The notes under the pieces are model-generated. The model made no database searches. It was not told the DNA's origin and saw nothing but the letters and a program-made list of their open reading frames with translations. Both the position numbers and the translations under genes were made by a program. DNA of 37,831 bases, from the IMG/VR virus record IMGVR_UViG_3300045988_095268, positions 1 to 37,831 of that record; one strand, 5' to 3'. Positions 1-10,400 of this stretch are shown here, one piece after another. The DNA is from a virus. The stretch's first letter is position 1. Every line of letters starts with the position of its first letter.

Positions 1-77
1 CGACAGCATACTTTGCAGTTGCCATGTCGGATGCTGCGATTGCGTCCTTCGCTACCTGCGACTTCTCGATAGCCGCC
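1..77. repeat. Terminal direct repeat, copy 1 (identical to 37755..37831). Indicates a circularly closed or terminally redundant replicon of about 37,754 bp.
   Basis: Bases 1-77 (cgacagcatactttgc...ctcgatagccgcc) recur exactly at 37755-37831. The minus-strand ORF at the window end continues in frame to an ATG at bases 79-77. Confidence 0.9.
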
Positions 78-165
78 ATAGCGGTCTAATGCGCACAAAA
101 ACGCCCTTATTTTCGGGTTTCGTGTATAATGGAAGATACACCAAATCCGAAAGGGGAAACACGTT

Positions 166-1146
166 ATGAACGCAAAAACAGAACTCGCAAAGCGGCTTTC
201 CGAAACTTTTTCCGGAGGTATGCCTGTGACCGCCGAAGCGCTCGCCGCGATCTTAAAGGACTATTCTATCACGAAAGAATCGGACGAACAGCGCAGCGAT
301 CTGCACCGCAGGATCAAGTATTATCTGGGCGCAAAGCGAATTGACGGCCTGTCCGACAAGACCCTGGGGAACTACCGCTGCAACCTCGAAATGTTCGCCG
401 CCAGGGTGAACAAGAGTGCTGCCAAGGTAACGACCGACGACATTCGCGGCTACATTTCGTACCTCGATGAAACGCGTCACCTGAAAGACACGTCGCTGCA
501 AACGCACATCAACACACTGCGTGCGTTCTTTGGATGGCTTCACACTGAGGAACGCATTAAGAAGAACCCGATGAGCAAGATCAAGTCGCTCAAGCTGGAC
601 AAGAAGGGTGCTCGTCAGGCCCTCACGGTTGAGGAACTGGAACGTCTGCGCGATGCCTGCAAGACGTACCGGGAGAAAGCGCTGATCGAGTTCCTTGTAT
701 CTACCGGCTGCCGTTTGAGCGAAGTCGCGCAGCTGCGTGCGGCAGATCTCAATCTCGCAGACCGGTCGGTGCAGGTCACCGGCAAGGGCGACAAGGACCG
801 TGTGGTGTATTTCAGTGTTCGCGCCCGCCTGATGATTGAGGAGTATATGATGCAGCGCAAGGGCGGCGACGGCCTGTTTGTGTCCAGCAAATCGCCCTAC
901 GAGCCGCTCAAACCTCGGGCAATCCAGCGTATTGTCCGCAGCCTGAGTGAGCGCGCCGGACTGGAGGGCAGGGTGCACCCGCATCTGCTCCGGCACACGT
1001 TTGCGACCCATGCGTTAAACGGCGGTATGGACGTAACCGTTATTCAGCGCCTGCTCGGTCACGAGGACATCGCAACAACGCAGATCTACGCCGAGCTGAA
1101 TGAGGAGGGCGTAAGGCATCAATACAATAAATATGTGGCGAACTGA
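166..1146 (+). CDS. Tyrosine site-specific recombinase, XerC/XerD / phage-integrase family (326 aa)
   Basis: N-terminal SAM-like core-binding region (TLGNYRCNLEMFA...LRAFFGWL). Catalytic signature TGCRLSEV (Arg), HPHLLRHTFATH (H-x-x-R), LLGHEDIATTQIYAEL (His, Tyr nucleophile). RBS aaagggga lies upstream of the ATG. Confidence 0.9.
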   Translation: MNAKTELAKRLSETFSGGMPVTAEALAAILKDYSITKESDEQRSDLHRRIKYYLGAKRIDGLSDKTLGNYRCNLEMFAARVNKSAAKVTTDDIRGYISYLDETRHLKDTSLQTHINTLRAFFGWLHTEERIKKNPMSKIKSLKLDKKGARQALTVEELERLRDACKTYREKALIEFLVSTGCRLSEVAQLRAADLNLADRSVQVTGKGDKDRVVYFSVRARLMIEEYMMQRKGGDGLFVSSKSPYEPLKPRAIQRIVRSLSERAGLEGRVHPHLLRHTFATHALNGGMDVTVIQRLLGHEDIATTQIYAELNEEGVRHQYNKYVAN

Positions 1147-1165
1147 CCACAGAAAGGAAGGACAA

Positions 1166-1561
1166 ATGAAAATCAACGAAATCAAGGCTCTGGACTACCA
1201 GACCGACGGCGACCTGCTGACGATCCCGTTTACGGAAACGTCGGTCGGGGCCGTGCTTGCACTGGATTCCGCTGTGCTCACAGTCAAGACCGATGCCGGT
1301 GATACGGTGGAGGTGCTGGCAGGGTACGCGCTCAAGACGGCCACGGTCGCAGCCGCCGATCCGACGAGTGTCACCGCCGTGTACACCCGCGCGGTGGACG
1401 GCACAGCGGCCGCGCTGGACACGATCTCCGCCCAGCTGGTACAGGCCGAACAGGAGAACAAGCTGCTCAAGGCGCAGGTCAGCGCCGCGACCGAACGCAG
1501 CGACTTTATCGAGGACTGCATCGCAGAGATGGCCGTTCAGGTCTACAGCGATGAAGTTTAA
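1166..1561 (+). CDS. Hypothetical protein (131 aa) with a C-terminal coiled-coil segment, upstream of the lysis cassette
   Basis: ATG at 1166 is preceded by gaaaggaagg. The ORF-track start at 1133 has no RBS. AQLVQAEQENKLLKAQV looks like a heptad region. No recognisable catalytic motif. Confidence 0.6.
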   Translation: MKINEIKALDYQTDGDLLTIPFTETSVGAVLALDSAVLTVKTDAGDTVEVLAGYALKTATVAAADPTSVTAVYTRAVDGTAAALDTISAQLVQAEQENKLLKAQVSAATERSDFIEDCIAEMAVQVYSDEV

Positions 1562-1592
1562 TATTCTACATTCATTAGAAAGGTTGGTAATT

Positions 1593-1748
1593 ATGATGGC
1601 GATGTTTTTCGCACAGCGGGTTATCCTCGGCAAGACGGAGTTCGATGCGGTGCCCAAGGCACTCAAGGCCAAGGTGGCGGAGATCCTGCTCGACAGCGGT
1701 CTGCCGGAGCTGGTACCGTCCGAGTTCGGCGGTACGATGGAGGCTTGA
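1593..1748 (+). CDS. Small hypothetical protein (51 aa), lysis-cassette associated
   Basis: ATG at 1593 with gaaagg RBS 9 nt upstream. It lies inside the longer spurious 1257..1748 frame and is tightly packed against the next gene. Confidence 0.5.
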   Translation: MMAMFFAQRVILGKTEFDAVPKALKAKVAEILLDSGLPELVPSEFGGTMEA

Positions 1749-1749
1749 T

Positions 1750-1998
1750 GTGCCGGCGGAAGTAATTACAGCGGCGCTGTCGCTGATGGGAACGCTCGTG
1801 GGAACGCTCGGCGGCATTGCGCTGTCGAGCAATCTCACGAATTACCGCATCGAGCAGCTGGAGAAGAAGGTGGAGAAGCACAACAATCTCATCACGCGCA
1901 CGTATAAGCTCGAACAGGAGTTTGCCGTGATGGATGAGAAAGTGAAAGTGGCAAACCACCGTATTGACGATTTGGAGGATTTAGAACATGAAAGTTAA
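1750..1998 (+). CDS. N-terminally membrane-anchored coiled-coil lysis-cassette protein (BhlA/XhlA-like holin accessory, 82 aa)
   Basis: GTG start at 1750 sits 6 nt after GGAGG (1739-1743). One TM segment (ITAALSLMGTLVGTLGGIALS) is followed by the charged coil NYRIEQLEKKVEKHNNLITRTYKLEQE. It lies immediately upstream of the holin and overlaps it. Confidence 0.55.
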   Translation: MPAEVITAALSLMGTLVGTLGGIALSSNLTNYRIEQLEKKVEKHNNLITRTYKLEQEFAVMDEKVKVANHRIDDLEDLEHES

Positions 1999-2254
1999 TA
2001 TTCCGGTACGCTTTCGCAATCCGTGGTTCTGGGTTGGCGTTGTTTCCGTTGCCATTACCGCCATCGGCGTGGATCCGATGACGTTTACCTCGTGGGCGGC
2101 GGTGCTGGACGGCATCAAGGCGGTACTGAGTAATCCGGTGCAGCTGTGCACGATGGCGCTTGCTATCCTGTCGGTATTTATTGACCCGACTACGGCAGGC
2201 GTGGGAGACAGCAAGACGGCACTCGGCTACGACAGGCCGAACAAGGAGAAGTAA
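1988..2254 (+). CDS. Holin (phiLC3 / Phage_holin_1-type, 88 aa)
   Basis: The N-terminus (VNIPVRFRNPWFWVGVVS), two hydrophobic segments and the C-terminal DPTTAGVGDSKTALGYDRP motif are typical of this holin family. GGAGGA RBS. Directly precedes the endolysin. Confidence 0.8.
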   Translation: MKVNIPVRFRNPWFWVGVVSVAITAIGVDPMTFTSWAAVLDGIKAVLSNPVQLCTMALAILSVFIDPTTAGVGDSKTALGYDRPNKEK

Positions 2255-2256
2255 GT

Positions 2257-2994
2257 ATGAATATTCCGTTCTTACAGGCGAATTCGAGCAACTTTTACTC
2301 AGGCCGAGGCGGAAACAGCATTAAATACATTGTGATGCATTACACGGCGAACAACGGTGACACTGCAATGAATAATGCACAGTATTTCCATAATAACAGC
2401 GTACAGGCGTCGGCGCACTATTTTGTGGACGAGAACAGTGTTGTGCAGAGCGTCCGCGATTCGGACGGTGCGTGGCACTGCGGCGGATCGTTGGAAAGCT
2501 CGCACCATCCGCTGCATGGTATCTGTATGAACAGAAATTCTCTGGGCGTGGAAATGTGTAGCGACAAGGTGAACGGTAAGTTTATTTTCACTGCACAGAC
2601 TGTGGATCGTACGGTCGAGCTTGTAAAAATGCTTATGGCAAAGTACAACATTGACGTAGACCACGTTGTACGCCACTACGACGTAACCGGTAAAGACTGC
2701 CCGGAACCGTGGGTGCGTGATGAGAGCCAGTGGAAGTCGTTCAAGGCACGACTGACGGCCAAAGAAACTCCAAAGGAGGAAACCAAGATGACAGACAAGG
2801 AATTTGCGGCACATGAAGAACGCTATCAGGCGGAAAAGGCCAACCAGAAGCCGCATCCGTATGCTGCCGAGGCTTGGCAGGCGGCGACAGACGCCGGTAT
2901 TATGGACGGTACCAAGCCGCAGAGTCCGCTGACGCGCGAACAGCTTGCGGTGATTTTACAGCGTTTAGGTCTGCTCGGAAAGGGCGTGAAGTAA
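2257..2994 (+). CDS. Endolysin, N-acetylmuramoyl-L-alanine amidase (Amidase_2/PGRP fold), with a short C-terminal wall-binding-like tail
   Basis: Motifs YIVMHYTAN, ASAHYFVD, NSLGVEMC and VVRHYDVTGKDCPEPW. The C-terminal GIMDGTKPQSPLTREQLAVILQRLG resembles half of an SLH-type motif (weak). Confidence 0.9.
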   Translation: MNIPFLQANSSNFYSGRGGNSIKYIVMHYTANNGDTAMNNAQYFHNNSVQASAHYFVDENSVVQSVRDSDGAWHCGGSLESSHHPLHGICMNRNSLGVEMCSDKVNGKFIFTAQTVDRTVELVKMLMAKYNIDVDHVVRHYDVTGKDCPEPWVRDESQWKSFKARLTAKETPKEETKMTDKEFAAHEERYQAEKANQKPHPYAAEAWQAATDAGIMDGTKPQSPLTREQLAVILQRLGLLGKGVK

Positions 2995-4350
2995 ATGGGA
3001 CTGGGTTCTATGCTGGCGGGCGCTGTTAAGGCGGCAGCTGCAGCGGCAAAGGCAAGCAAGAGCAGCACCGGCGGCTCGTCCTCGGGCAGTTCCTCGGGTT
3101 CTTCCGGTTCGAGCGGATCCTCGTCCTCCGGCTCGTCCGGTGCTTCGATGGCGGCAACCGGCAAGGGCGGCAGCTACTCTATCGGCTCGGACAAGGGCAA
3201 GAATTTTGTAAGTTCTGCGGCTGCCGGTTCGACCATGACCGGGTCGGACGGTTCGACGTGGACCAAGAACAGTGACGGCACGACCACCATCAGCAAGGGC
3301 GGCCAGACGTTCACCTACGGCGGCGCGGGAGGTACCGGCGGCTCCGGCGGGAGCAGTTCGGGCGGCGGCTCGTCCGGCAGTGGTACGTATACGCCGCTCG
3401 GCTCCCATAATGACCAGACCATTAAGGACACGAGCGTGGAGGATTCCGCGCAGATGGCGGCAATCAAAAAGCGCTATGCGGATGCACAGGCGCGCGGTGA
3501 CACTGCGGCGATGAAATCTTCCCATGCGGACGCCGAGGCGCTGCGTGCGCAGTACGGCTATTCCGGCGGCTCGGACGGCTCGGACTACATCGGCAAGGGC
3601 TATGTGAGCGGCAATGTACTGGGCAAGCAGATGAGCAATCAGCTCAATAGCGGCTTTGACGCCTACAAGAAGTACATGGAGGACGCTGCGGCACAGCAGC
3701 AGGCGGCACTCAAGGCCAAGGTGGACAGCGCGGTTGCCAGTCTGAACGGTCAGAAATACGACGTAATGAAGCAGACCGAGGCCAACAACGCCGCTGCGGA
3801 AAAGGCGTATATGCAGAGCATTAAGCCCGGCGGCTCGAACGCGGAAAACCTTGCGGCAAATGGTTTGCTGACAAGCGGACTTACCGAATCCAGCCAGATC
3901 AGCGCGGGCAACGCCTACCAGAACGCACTGAACAGCAACGCCACCACGCAGACCGAGACGCTCGCCAAGATCGAGCAGGCTATTACACAGGCGCAGCTTA
4001 CCGGCGATATTGAGGCGGCAAACGCGCTTGCCAATCTCTATAAGGAGATTGCCGCCAAGCGCTACGAGAATACGCAGAACATCGTTTCGGCAAACCAGTG
4101 GGGTCAGCAGTTTGGTCTTTCTCAGGCTGAGCAGACCGGCACGTACAATGGTCAGGCGACGCTCGCGGCACAGCAGCTTGAAATGCAGAAGCGTCAGCTG
4201 CAGGAGGACATTGAGAACGGCAAGGTTGACCGTCAGACGGCGCTTAAGCAGATTGAGTATATCAATGCGCAGATTGCGTACATGCAGGCTCAGACTACCG
4301 GTCAGAACCTTTCCAACAAGTATTCTCAGTGGCAGCTTAACCAGCTTTAA
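2995..4350 (+). CDS. Hypothetical low-complexity protein (451 aa): hydrophobic N-terminus, Gly/Ser tracts, then a long Gln/Ala/Asn-rich helical region. Possibly virion-associated.
   Basis: The ATG abuts the endolysin stop. (GSS)n tracts span about 3060-3140. The C-terminal half is rich in AAQQQAALKAK / LEMQKRQLQEDIENGK coiled-coil-like sequence. It is co-oriented with, and just upstream of, the giant protein gene. Confidence 0.6.
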   Translation: MGLGSMLAGAVKAAAAAAKASKSSTGGSSSGSSSGSSGSSGSSSSGSSGASMAATGKGGSYSIGSDKGKNFVSSAAAGSTMTGSDGSTWTKNSDGTTTISKGGQTFTYGGAGGTGGSGGSSSGGGSSGSGTYTPLGSHNDQTIKDTSVEDSAQMAAIKKRYADAQARGDTAAMKSSHADAEALRAQYGYSGGSDGSDYIGKGYVSGNVLGKQMSNQLNSGFDAYKKYMEDAAAQQQAALKAKVDSAVASLNGQKYDVMKQTEANNAAAEKAYMQSIKPGGSNAENLAANGLLTSGLTESSQISAGNAYQNALNSNATTQTETLAKIEQAITQAQLTGDIEAANALANLYKEIAAKRYENTQNIVSANQWGQQFGLSQAEQTGTYNGQATLAAQQLEMQKRQLQEDIENGKVDRQTALKQIEYINAQIAYMQAQTTGQNLSNKYSQWQLNQL

Positions 4351-4357
4351 CTACGCC

Positions 4358-4384
4358 AGAAGGCGGCGATTTTCGCCGCCTTCT
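4358..4384 (+). terminator. Hairpin (attenuator/terminator) between the 451-aa gene and the giant gene
   Basis: agaaggcggcg-atttt-cgccgccttct forms an 11-bp perfect stem, followed by ctcttt. Confidence 0.6.
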
Positions 4385-4401
4385 CTCTTTAGGAGGTTCA
4401 T

Positions 4402-7400
4402 ATGAGTTTTTACAGCGATTACGAGAAGAAGAAAAACAAGAACAAAACGTCCGCGCTGTTGAAGGTGCCGCATGTTGTGCCGCAAAAGCCGGCAAAGCAG
4501 GACAACAGCCGCCGTGCAACGGCGGCGCGCAACCGGGAGCAGCAGCGCGTGCAGGCGCACCAGAATGCGCAGAGGCCTGCAAGCACTTATCTGACCGGCG
4601 GCAGCACGACCAGAAGTCAGCCGTATGCGGCAAATCAGCAGCGGAACACTGTTTTTCAGCAGCGCGGGAACACACGGCAGGGCTTTCCCGGCACAGGCAG
4701 CCGGAGCACGCAGCAGAACAATTTACGGCAGCCTGCAAGCACCTATCTGACCGGCGGCAGCGTGACCAGAAGTCAGCCGTATGCGGCAAGTCAGCAGAAT
4801 CAGCTTTTTTCGGCAAGAAAGGCGGCAGAGCAGCGGCGCAATCCGCGGCAGAACGTTTCTACAGCCAGTAATAGCAGCGGAGACGGCAACCCGACGCTGA
4901 CGCAGTTTCTCAAGAACTCTATGGACTGGCACACGACCAGCGATCCGAACAGGAAGGCACAGCTGCACGCGCAGAACGACGCCTTGCGGCGCAAGCTCGG
5001 TTATGAGTACAACCCGCAGACCGGCGCCTCCTTCGATAAGTTCGGACACGAAATGACTGCCGACGTGCGCATGGCCTACGGCAGCAAGCCGACCGAACGG
5101 CTGAATCAGGCAACACAGTTGCTGCATACCTCGGGCGTGATGGGCAAGACAGACAAGGCAACTGTCTACCCGACCGCCATGCAGGCGGCGCAGGGACTGG
5201 ATGAGGACTATTTCAGCGGCCAGACCGGCTACAATGCACACAAGACGATGCATGACCTGTTTAACCGCTCGGATGAGACATGGAGCAGCGAGGACACGCA
5301 GAGCCGCGACAGGGCCCGTCAGGAGCTTTCGGACGAGATGAGCCGCATTATGAAGCGGTACGGCCTTGACTATCAGCCGCGCGACAACGAGGATGATATC
5401 ATGAACCGGCTGAAAGCCGCCGGTGCGGATGAGCAGACGCTTGCGTATGTGCAGGAAAACATTGATCTGCGGCACGCGGCGGACCGCCTCGGCAACGGCA
5501 TGGAGGCTGTCGGCAAGCGGTGGATCGCTTCGCTGCCGTCCCTCGTGGATACCTCGCGTCAGGTGAGTGCGAACGTGGAGGAGAGCCGCCAGAACGAGGA
5601 ATACCGCCAGCTTGAGGAGCAGGAGCAGACGCTTGAACTCACCCTGCAGGGCATGAACAGCACGGCGGCAGACGGCTCGGTTCCGGCAGATTATCAGGCG
5701 ATTTACGATCAACTGCAGGAGGTCCGCAAGCGCAAGAACGAGCTGACCGTAAACAAGGGCGTAGACCCAAACAAATGGTCTCAGCGCATGCTGCGCGAGG
5801 CAAACGAGGCACAGGCAAACGCCGAGGCCGGTTTAGCGCCTGCGCCGCGCTGGCTGACCGAACAGGGCATTTCCCTTGCGGGCAATGCGCCGGTGATGGC
5901 GGCAAGTGCGATTCCGGGCGTTGGTCCGGCGGTCGGCTCGCTCGTGATGGGCGCGCAGGCGGCCGGTCAGCGCTCATTTGAGCTGAATGAGCGCGGGATC
6001 GGCGCGCGGGAGTCGCTGACGCGAGGGTTGACCTCGGGTGCGATCGAGGCGGCAACCGAAAGACTGCCGCTCGGTCAGATGAGCAAGATTTTGCACTCCG
6101 GCGGCGTGAATGCCGTAAAAAATATCCTCATCCAGATGGGTGAGGAGGCGACAGAGGAAAGCGCAAGCTATTTCCTCAACTATGTTGCGGATCTGGCGGC
6201 AAATGACCCGGACGCAAAGTTTTCCCTTGCGGAGCTGACCCAGAGCGCCGCGGGCGGCGCGTTCGGCGGTCTGGTGTTTGGTACGGCGGGTGCGGTCGGT
6301 TCGAGGGCCGCTATGGATACGGAGCGCATGAATGCCGCTGATGCATACGATTACAATCAGGTGCAGCAGCTTGTACAGCTCGACAGCGAGCTGCAGGCGG
6401 CGCGTAAGCTGCCGGAAGGACCAATTCGGGAACGTGCGGTGCAGACCGCGCAGAACAAGATGGTAAACGCGCTGACCGATATGCAGCGGCAGAATGCGGC
6501 ACGGAGTGCTGAGCTGACTGCGAATTATGACGCGGATCTGCAGAATCATCTTGATCTGCAGGAAAAGGCCGAGACAGCACAGTACCTGCAGGAGCAGGAA
6601 AACAGAGCGCTCAATCAGCGTGCGGCGGTACAGGCGATGCAGCAGATGGATACTCAGACGCAGAATAATGTTATCGACCTGCAGGACCGGCTGAACAATG
6701 CTTGGACGGAACTGCAGGAGCTCGATCAGGGAGACGGGCGGCTCTCGGTGGCCGAAATGCAGCGTCGTAATCAACTTATGGACGAAATCCGTCAGTTGAA
6801 CGCACAGCTGAATGAGCAGGGAGTGAAGACCGGCGCTGTTATGCCGGAAATCCAGCAGAATGACATGATCCGCACGGCAGACCGCGGAAACGTGGGCGAG
6901 GTGCTGAACCAGAATCCGGACGGCAGTTACAATGCGTTTTTCCGAAACAACGAGACCGGCGAGGAAGGTATTCACCGCGTCGAAGCCGAGAACGCACAGC
7001 GGATCGCAGAACCGGGCACCTATGAGGTGGCAAGCGAGCAGCAGCGCGCCGCCGCTGCTGAGGAAGCGCTGAGTCCGTCACTGGACGACTCGGAATATCA
7101 GTTTGTGCAGAACCCAAAGGAGCAGGCGAAGCCGCTCGGCAACTATGAGATGTACGGCAAGACGCCGAAACAGGCGGCACAGGAGCTGCAGGTACAGCTG
7201 AACAGTCAGCACTCGTTTGTCTATGAGTCAGACGAACAGGCGGCACGCCGTGAACAGAACAGCGAGCTGCGCGGCCAGTTTGAGCTTGCACAGCCGGTAC
7301 GCCGCCAGATGGAGAAATTTAAGAATAACCATCCGCTCAGCGACAAGGACAACAGCTTACTGCAGGGTGCGCTGCTCAACGGTGCAACGGACAAGTTCTC

Positions 7401-10400
7401 GCAGGCGGACGATCCTGCGGCCGTTATGCACATGTTCCAGCTGACGCAGGAGGAGCAGCGCCTTATGCAGCCGCTGCGGGAGTATGCACAGGCCCGTCGA
7501 GACGCTCTCAGTTTAAGCGCGGAAGAAATGGCTGACGCGATTGCAGAGAAAGCAAAGGACAAGCGCATTCCCGGCGCTTACAGCCGTGAGACGATGGAGC
7601 GCAACAGTTATGATATTTTCGGCAAGGAAAACCGCCAGTACGCCGAAACGCTCAACGAGCAGTATTTTACGCCGGTGCACAAGGCGGTTGCAGACCGGAC
7701 ACAATACATCAACACGGTAAAGGACCGGATCGCAAAGCTGAATTTAAGCAAGCACGAAAGCGCACTTGTGCAGATGATGCTGGAAGGCGAGAATGGTGCG
7801 GCTGCGGACTATATCGCGGTGAAGAAAATCAAGGTAACGAGCAAGCTGCAGGAACGTGTCGCAAACGGCGTTGCGGAATTCCGCGCCATTTACGATGATA
7901 TGTACAACAAGCTCTGCGATACCCTGATCGCAAACGGCATGTGGGACAGTGTGCCGGGATACCTCAAGGACTATGCGCCGCATTTTACTGTAGACAAGCC
8001 GGACACCAAACTTGCGCGCGTGCTGTACAAATTCGGCATTAAGCCGGACAGCACGCTCAATCTTCCGACTCCGATTGCCGGCATTACAGACGACCGCAAC
8101 CCGGGTAAGAAGTGGTTCGGCAACCTGCTGCACCGAAACGGTGAACTGACGGAGTTTGACGCGGTGGCCGGGTTTGACCGATATGTAGAGACGGCCGGTG
8201 ACGTTATCTATCTTACGGACAGCATTCAGAACCTGCGCACACTGGAGGATGCAATTCGGTATCGGCTTTCCGATGACGGAACCAGGCAGAAAATCAACGA
8301 GATTCGCAAAGACCGCACGTTGGATCCACTCGAACGCCACCAGCAGACGCAGGACGTTTATGACAAGAATGTTGATGACACGAAAAAGCTGCTCGACCAG
8401 AAACACGCGGGCATGGGCGGCTATGTTGCCAATCTGCACGAGTATATCAATAATTTGGCAGGCAAGAAAGCCCGCGCGGACCGTGGCTGGGAGGAAATGC
8501 TCGGACGCCAGATGTACAACGTGGCAAAGAATGTTGAGGGTAGAGTGGCGGCGAATATGATCGCGCTGAACCCCGGCTCGTGGATCACAAACTTTATTCC
8601 GCTCACACAGGCTGCCGGTGAGGTGAGCACGCCGAACCTGCTGCGTGCGGCTTACGACACGGTAAAGAGTGCGATTCGGGACGATGGTTTTACGGATGGT
8701 TCGGTATTTTTGACCAACCGTGAGGGCACGCAGATGCTCGACCGGACGCTGACGCGCAAGGTCTCCGATCTGGCTGGAATGCCGATGGAGGCTATCGACC
8801 ATTTCACGGCCAACATTGTGACGCGCGGCAAGTACCTCCAGAACATTGCAGACGGTATGACGGTAAACCAGGCGTTTGAAAATGCCGATGCGTTTGCTTC
8901 TAACCTGATGGCGGACCGCTCCAAAGGTGCACAGCCGACAGCATTTAATGCCGTCAACCCGATTCGCAAGATGTTTACCATGTTCCAGCTGGAGGTCAAT
9001 AACCAGCTGAGCTACTTAGCAAAGGACCTGCCGAGGGCCAAGCAGAACAAGGCTGCGCTTGCATGGTCGTACACTAAGATTTTTGCCGGTGCTTATCTGT
9101 TTAATCAGGTATACCACCAGCTGACCGGCCGTGATTCGGCGCTTGACCCGATCGGCATGATCGTTGATGCGTTCGGATTGGACGACGATGACGACAAGGA
9201 CAAGAAGAAAAAGTCCGGCGTGGACATTGCGCTTGACCTTGGCGAAAATATTGCGGAACAGATTCCGTTTGTCGGCGGTCTGCTCGGCGGCGGCCGTGTG
9301 CCGATCTCCTCGGCCTTCCCGGATTTCGGCAAGCTGAAAGAGGAATATGAGAACGGCTACGACAACAAGCGCATTGCGCTTGACGCGGCAAAGAGCGCGG
9401 CCAACTCGGCGGCGTACCTGCTGCTGCCGTTCGGCGGCGGTGCTGTAAAGAAGGCGCTTGAGGGCGCGGCAACCGTATATGCGGGCGGCAGCTACAGTCT
9501 GGACAAGAACGGCGAGAAGATCCTGCAGTTCCCGCAGTACGGCCAGAGTCCGAGAGATTGGGCGCAGGCTATGCTGTTCGGCAAGTCGTCGCTGCAGGGC
9601 GCGCAGGAGTGGGCTGACGATGATTACAACAGCCTGAACGCAGACGAGACGAAGGTATTCGAGGAGCTGCGGCAGCGCATGAGCTGGAACAAGGACGAGA
9701 ATGGCAACACTATCGACAATTCCGAGGCGGTATTTGCGGCTATTAAGGCCATGAAGGCAACCACTGCGGATGCCAAGGAGAAATACGGCAACAAGAATTA
9801 CAAGGAGATTGCGGCGGCTTCTATCCGTCAGATGCTGCTTGCAAACAACGACCTTACGCCGATGCAGAAGAAAACGCTCGACCGCGAACTGATCACAGCC
9901 GGTGATTCCGCAGACTACACATCTCAGGATGCGTTTGATATTAGCCAGTATGTGCGCGAGAGCAGACAGGACGACGCGGCCGAGGCAATTAAGCACGGTA
10001 TTTCGGTTGATGATTTCGTCAAGTGGGACAGCGTGATTGAGCAAACGCTTGCGGACAACTATGTTGACGCCAAGGACTACGAGGACGGCGAGAACAACCA
10101 GCTTTACGCGAAAAACGCTGTGCTGCAGAACATCCTCGACGAGTATGACAAGGACGGCGAACACACGGATGCGGAAAAGAACGCGTTTGCGGACTATGTG
10201 CTCGTTTCCGCCATGGGCGAGAGCGACAAGGAGCGTTGGGATGCGGTAAAGGGTACGGTAAATGCAACTGACTTTGTACAGTTTGCGGGCGACATGGCAA
10301 CGTACAACAAGGAGTACAAGGGTTCCGGCATGAGCAAGAGCGATGCGATGCAGGCCATTCTCAATGGCTATGGCAATCTGTCCGACACGCAGAAGGACGC

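Noticed and set aside
1-77. The 77-bp terminal repeat as a genuine physical direct terminal repeat of the virion DNA.
   Set aside because: The length equals a common assembler k-mer and it lies inside a gene. It is more parsimoniously a circular-assembly overlap, and true termini cannot be inferred from the sequence alone.
85-96. A 12-bp inverted match, GTGCGCATTAGA (37279-37290 on the plus strand versus 85-96 on the minus strand), flanking cassette B as a possible second pair of inversion sites.
   Set aside because: A 12-bp match is expected many times by chance in about 38 kb on two strands. The adjacent would-be spacers differ (GAATGT versus GACCGC), which would block tyrosine-recombinase strand exchange. 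It is noted only as a weak coincidence.
253-1011. A 252-aa minus-strand ORF opposite the tyrosine recombinase. Similar antisense ORFs lie at 23157..23885, 23904..24413, 35713..36462, 18951..19712 and 17968..18621.
   Set aside because: Each overlaps a motif-supported plus-strand gene. All lack an RBS and have high-GC antisense-artefact composition.
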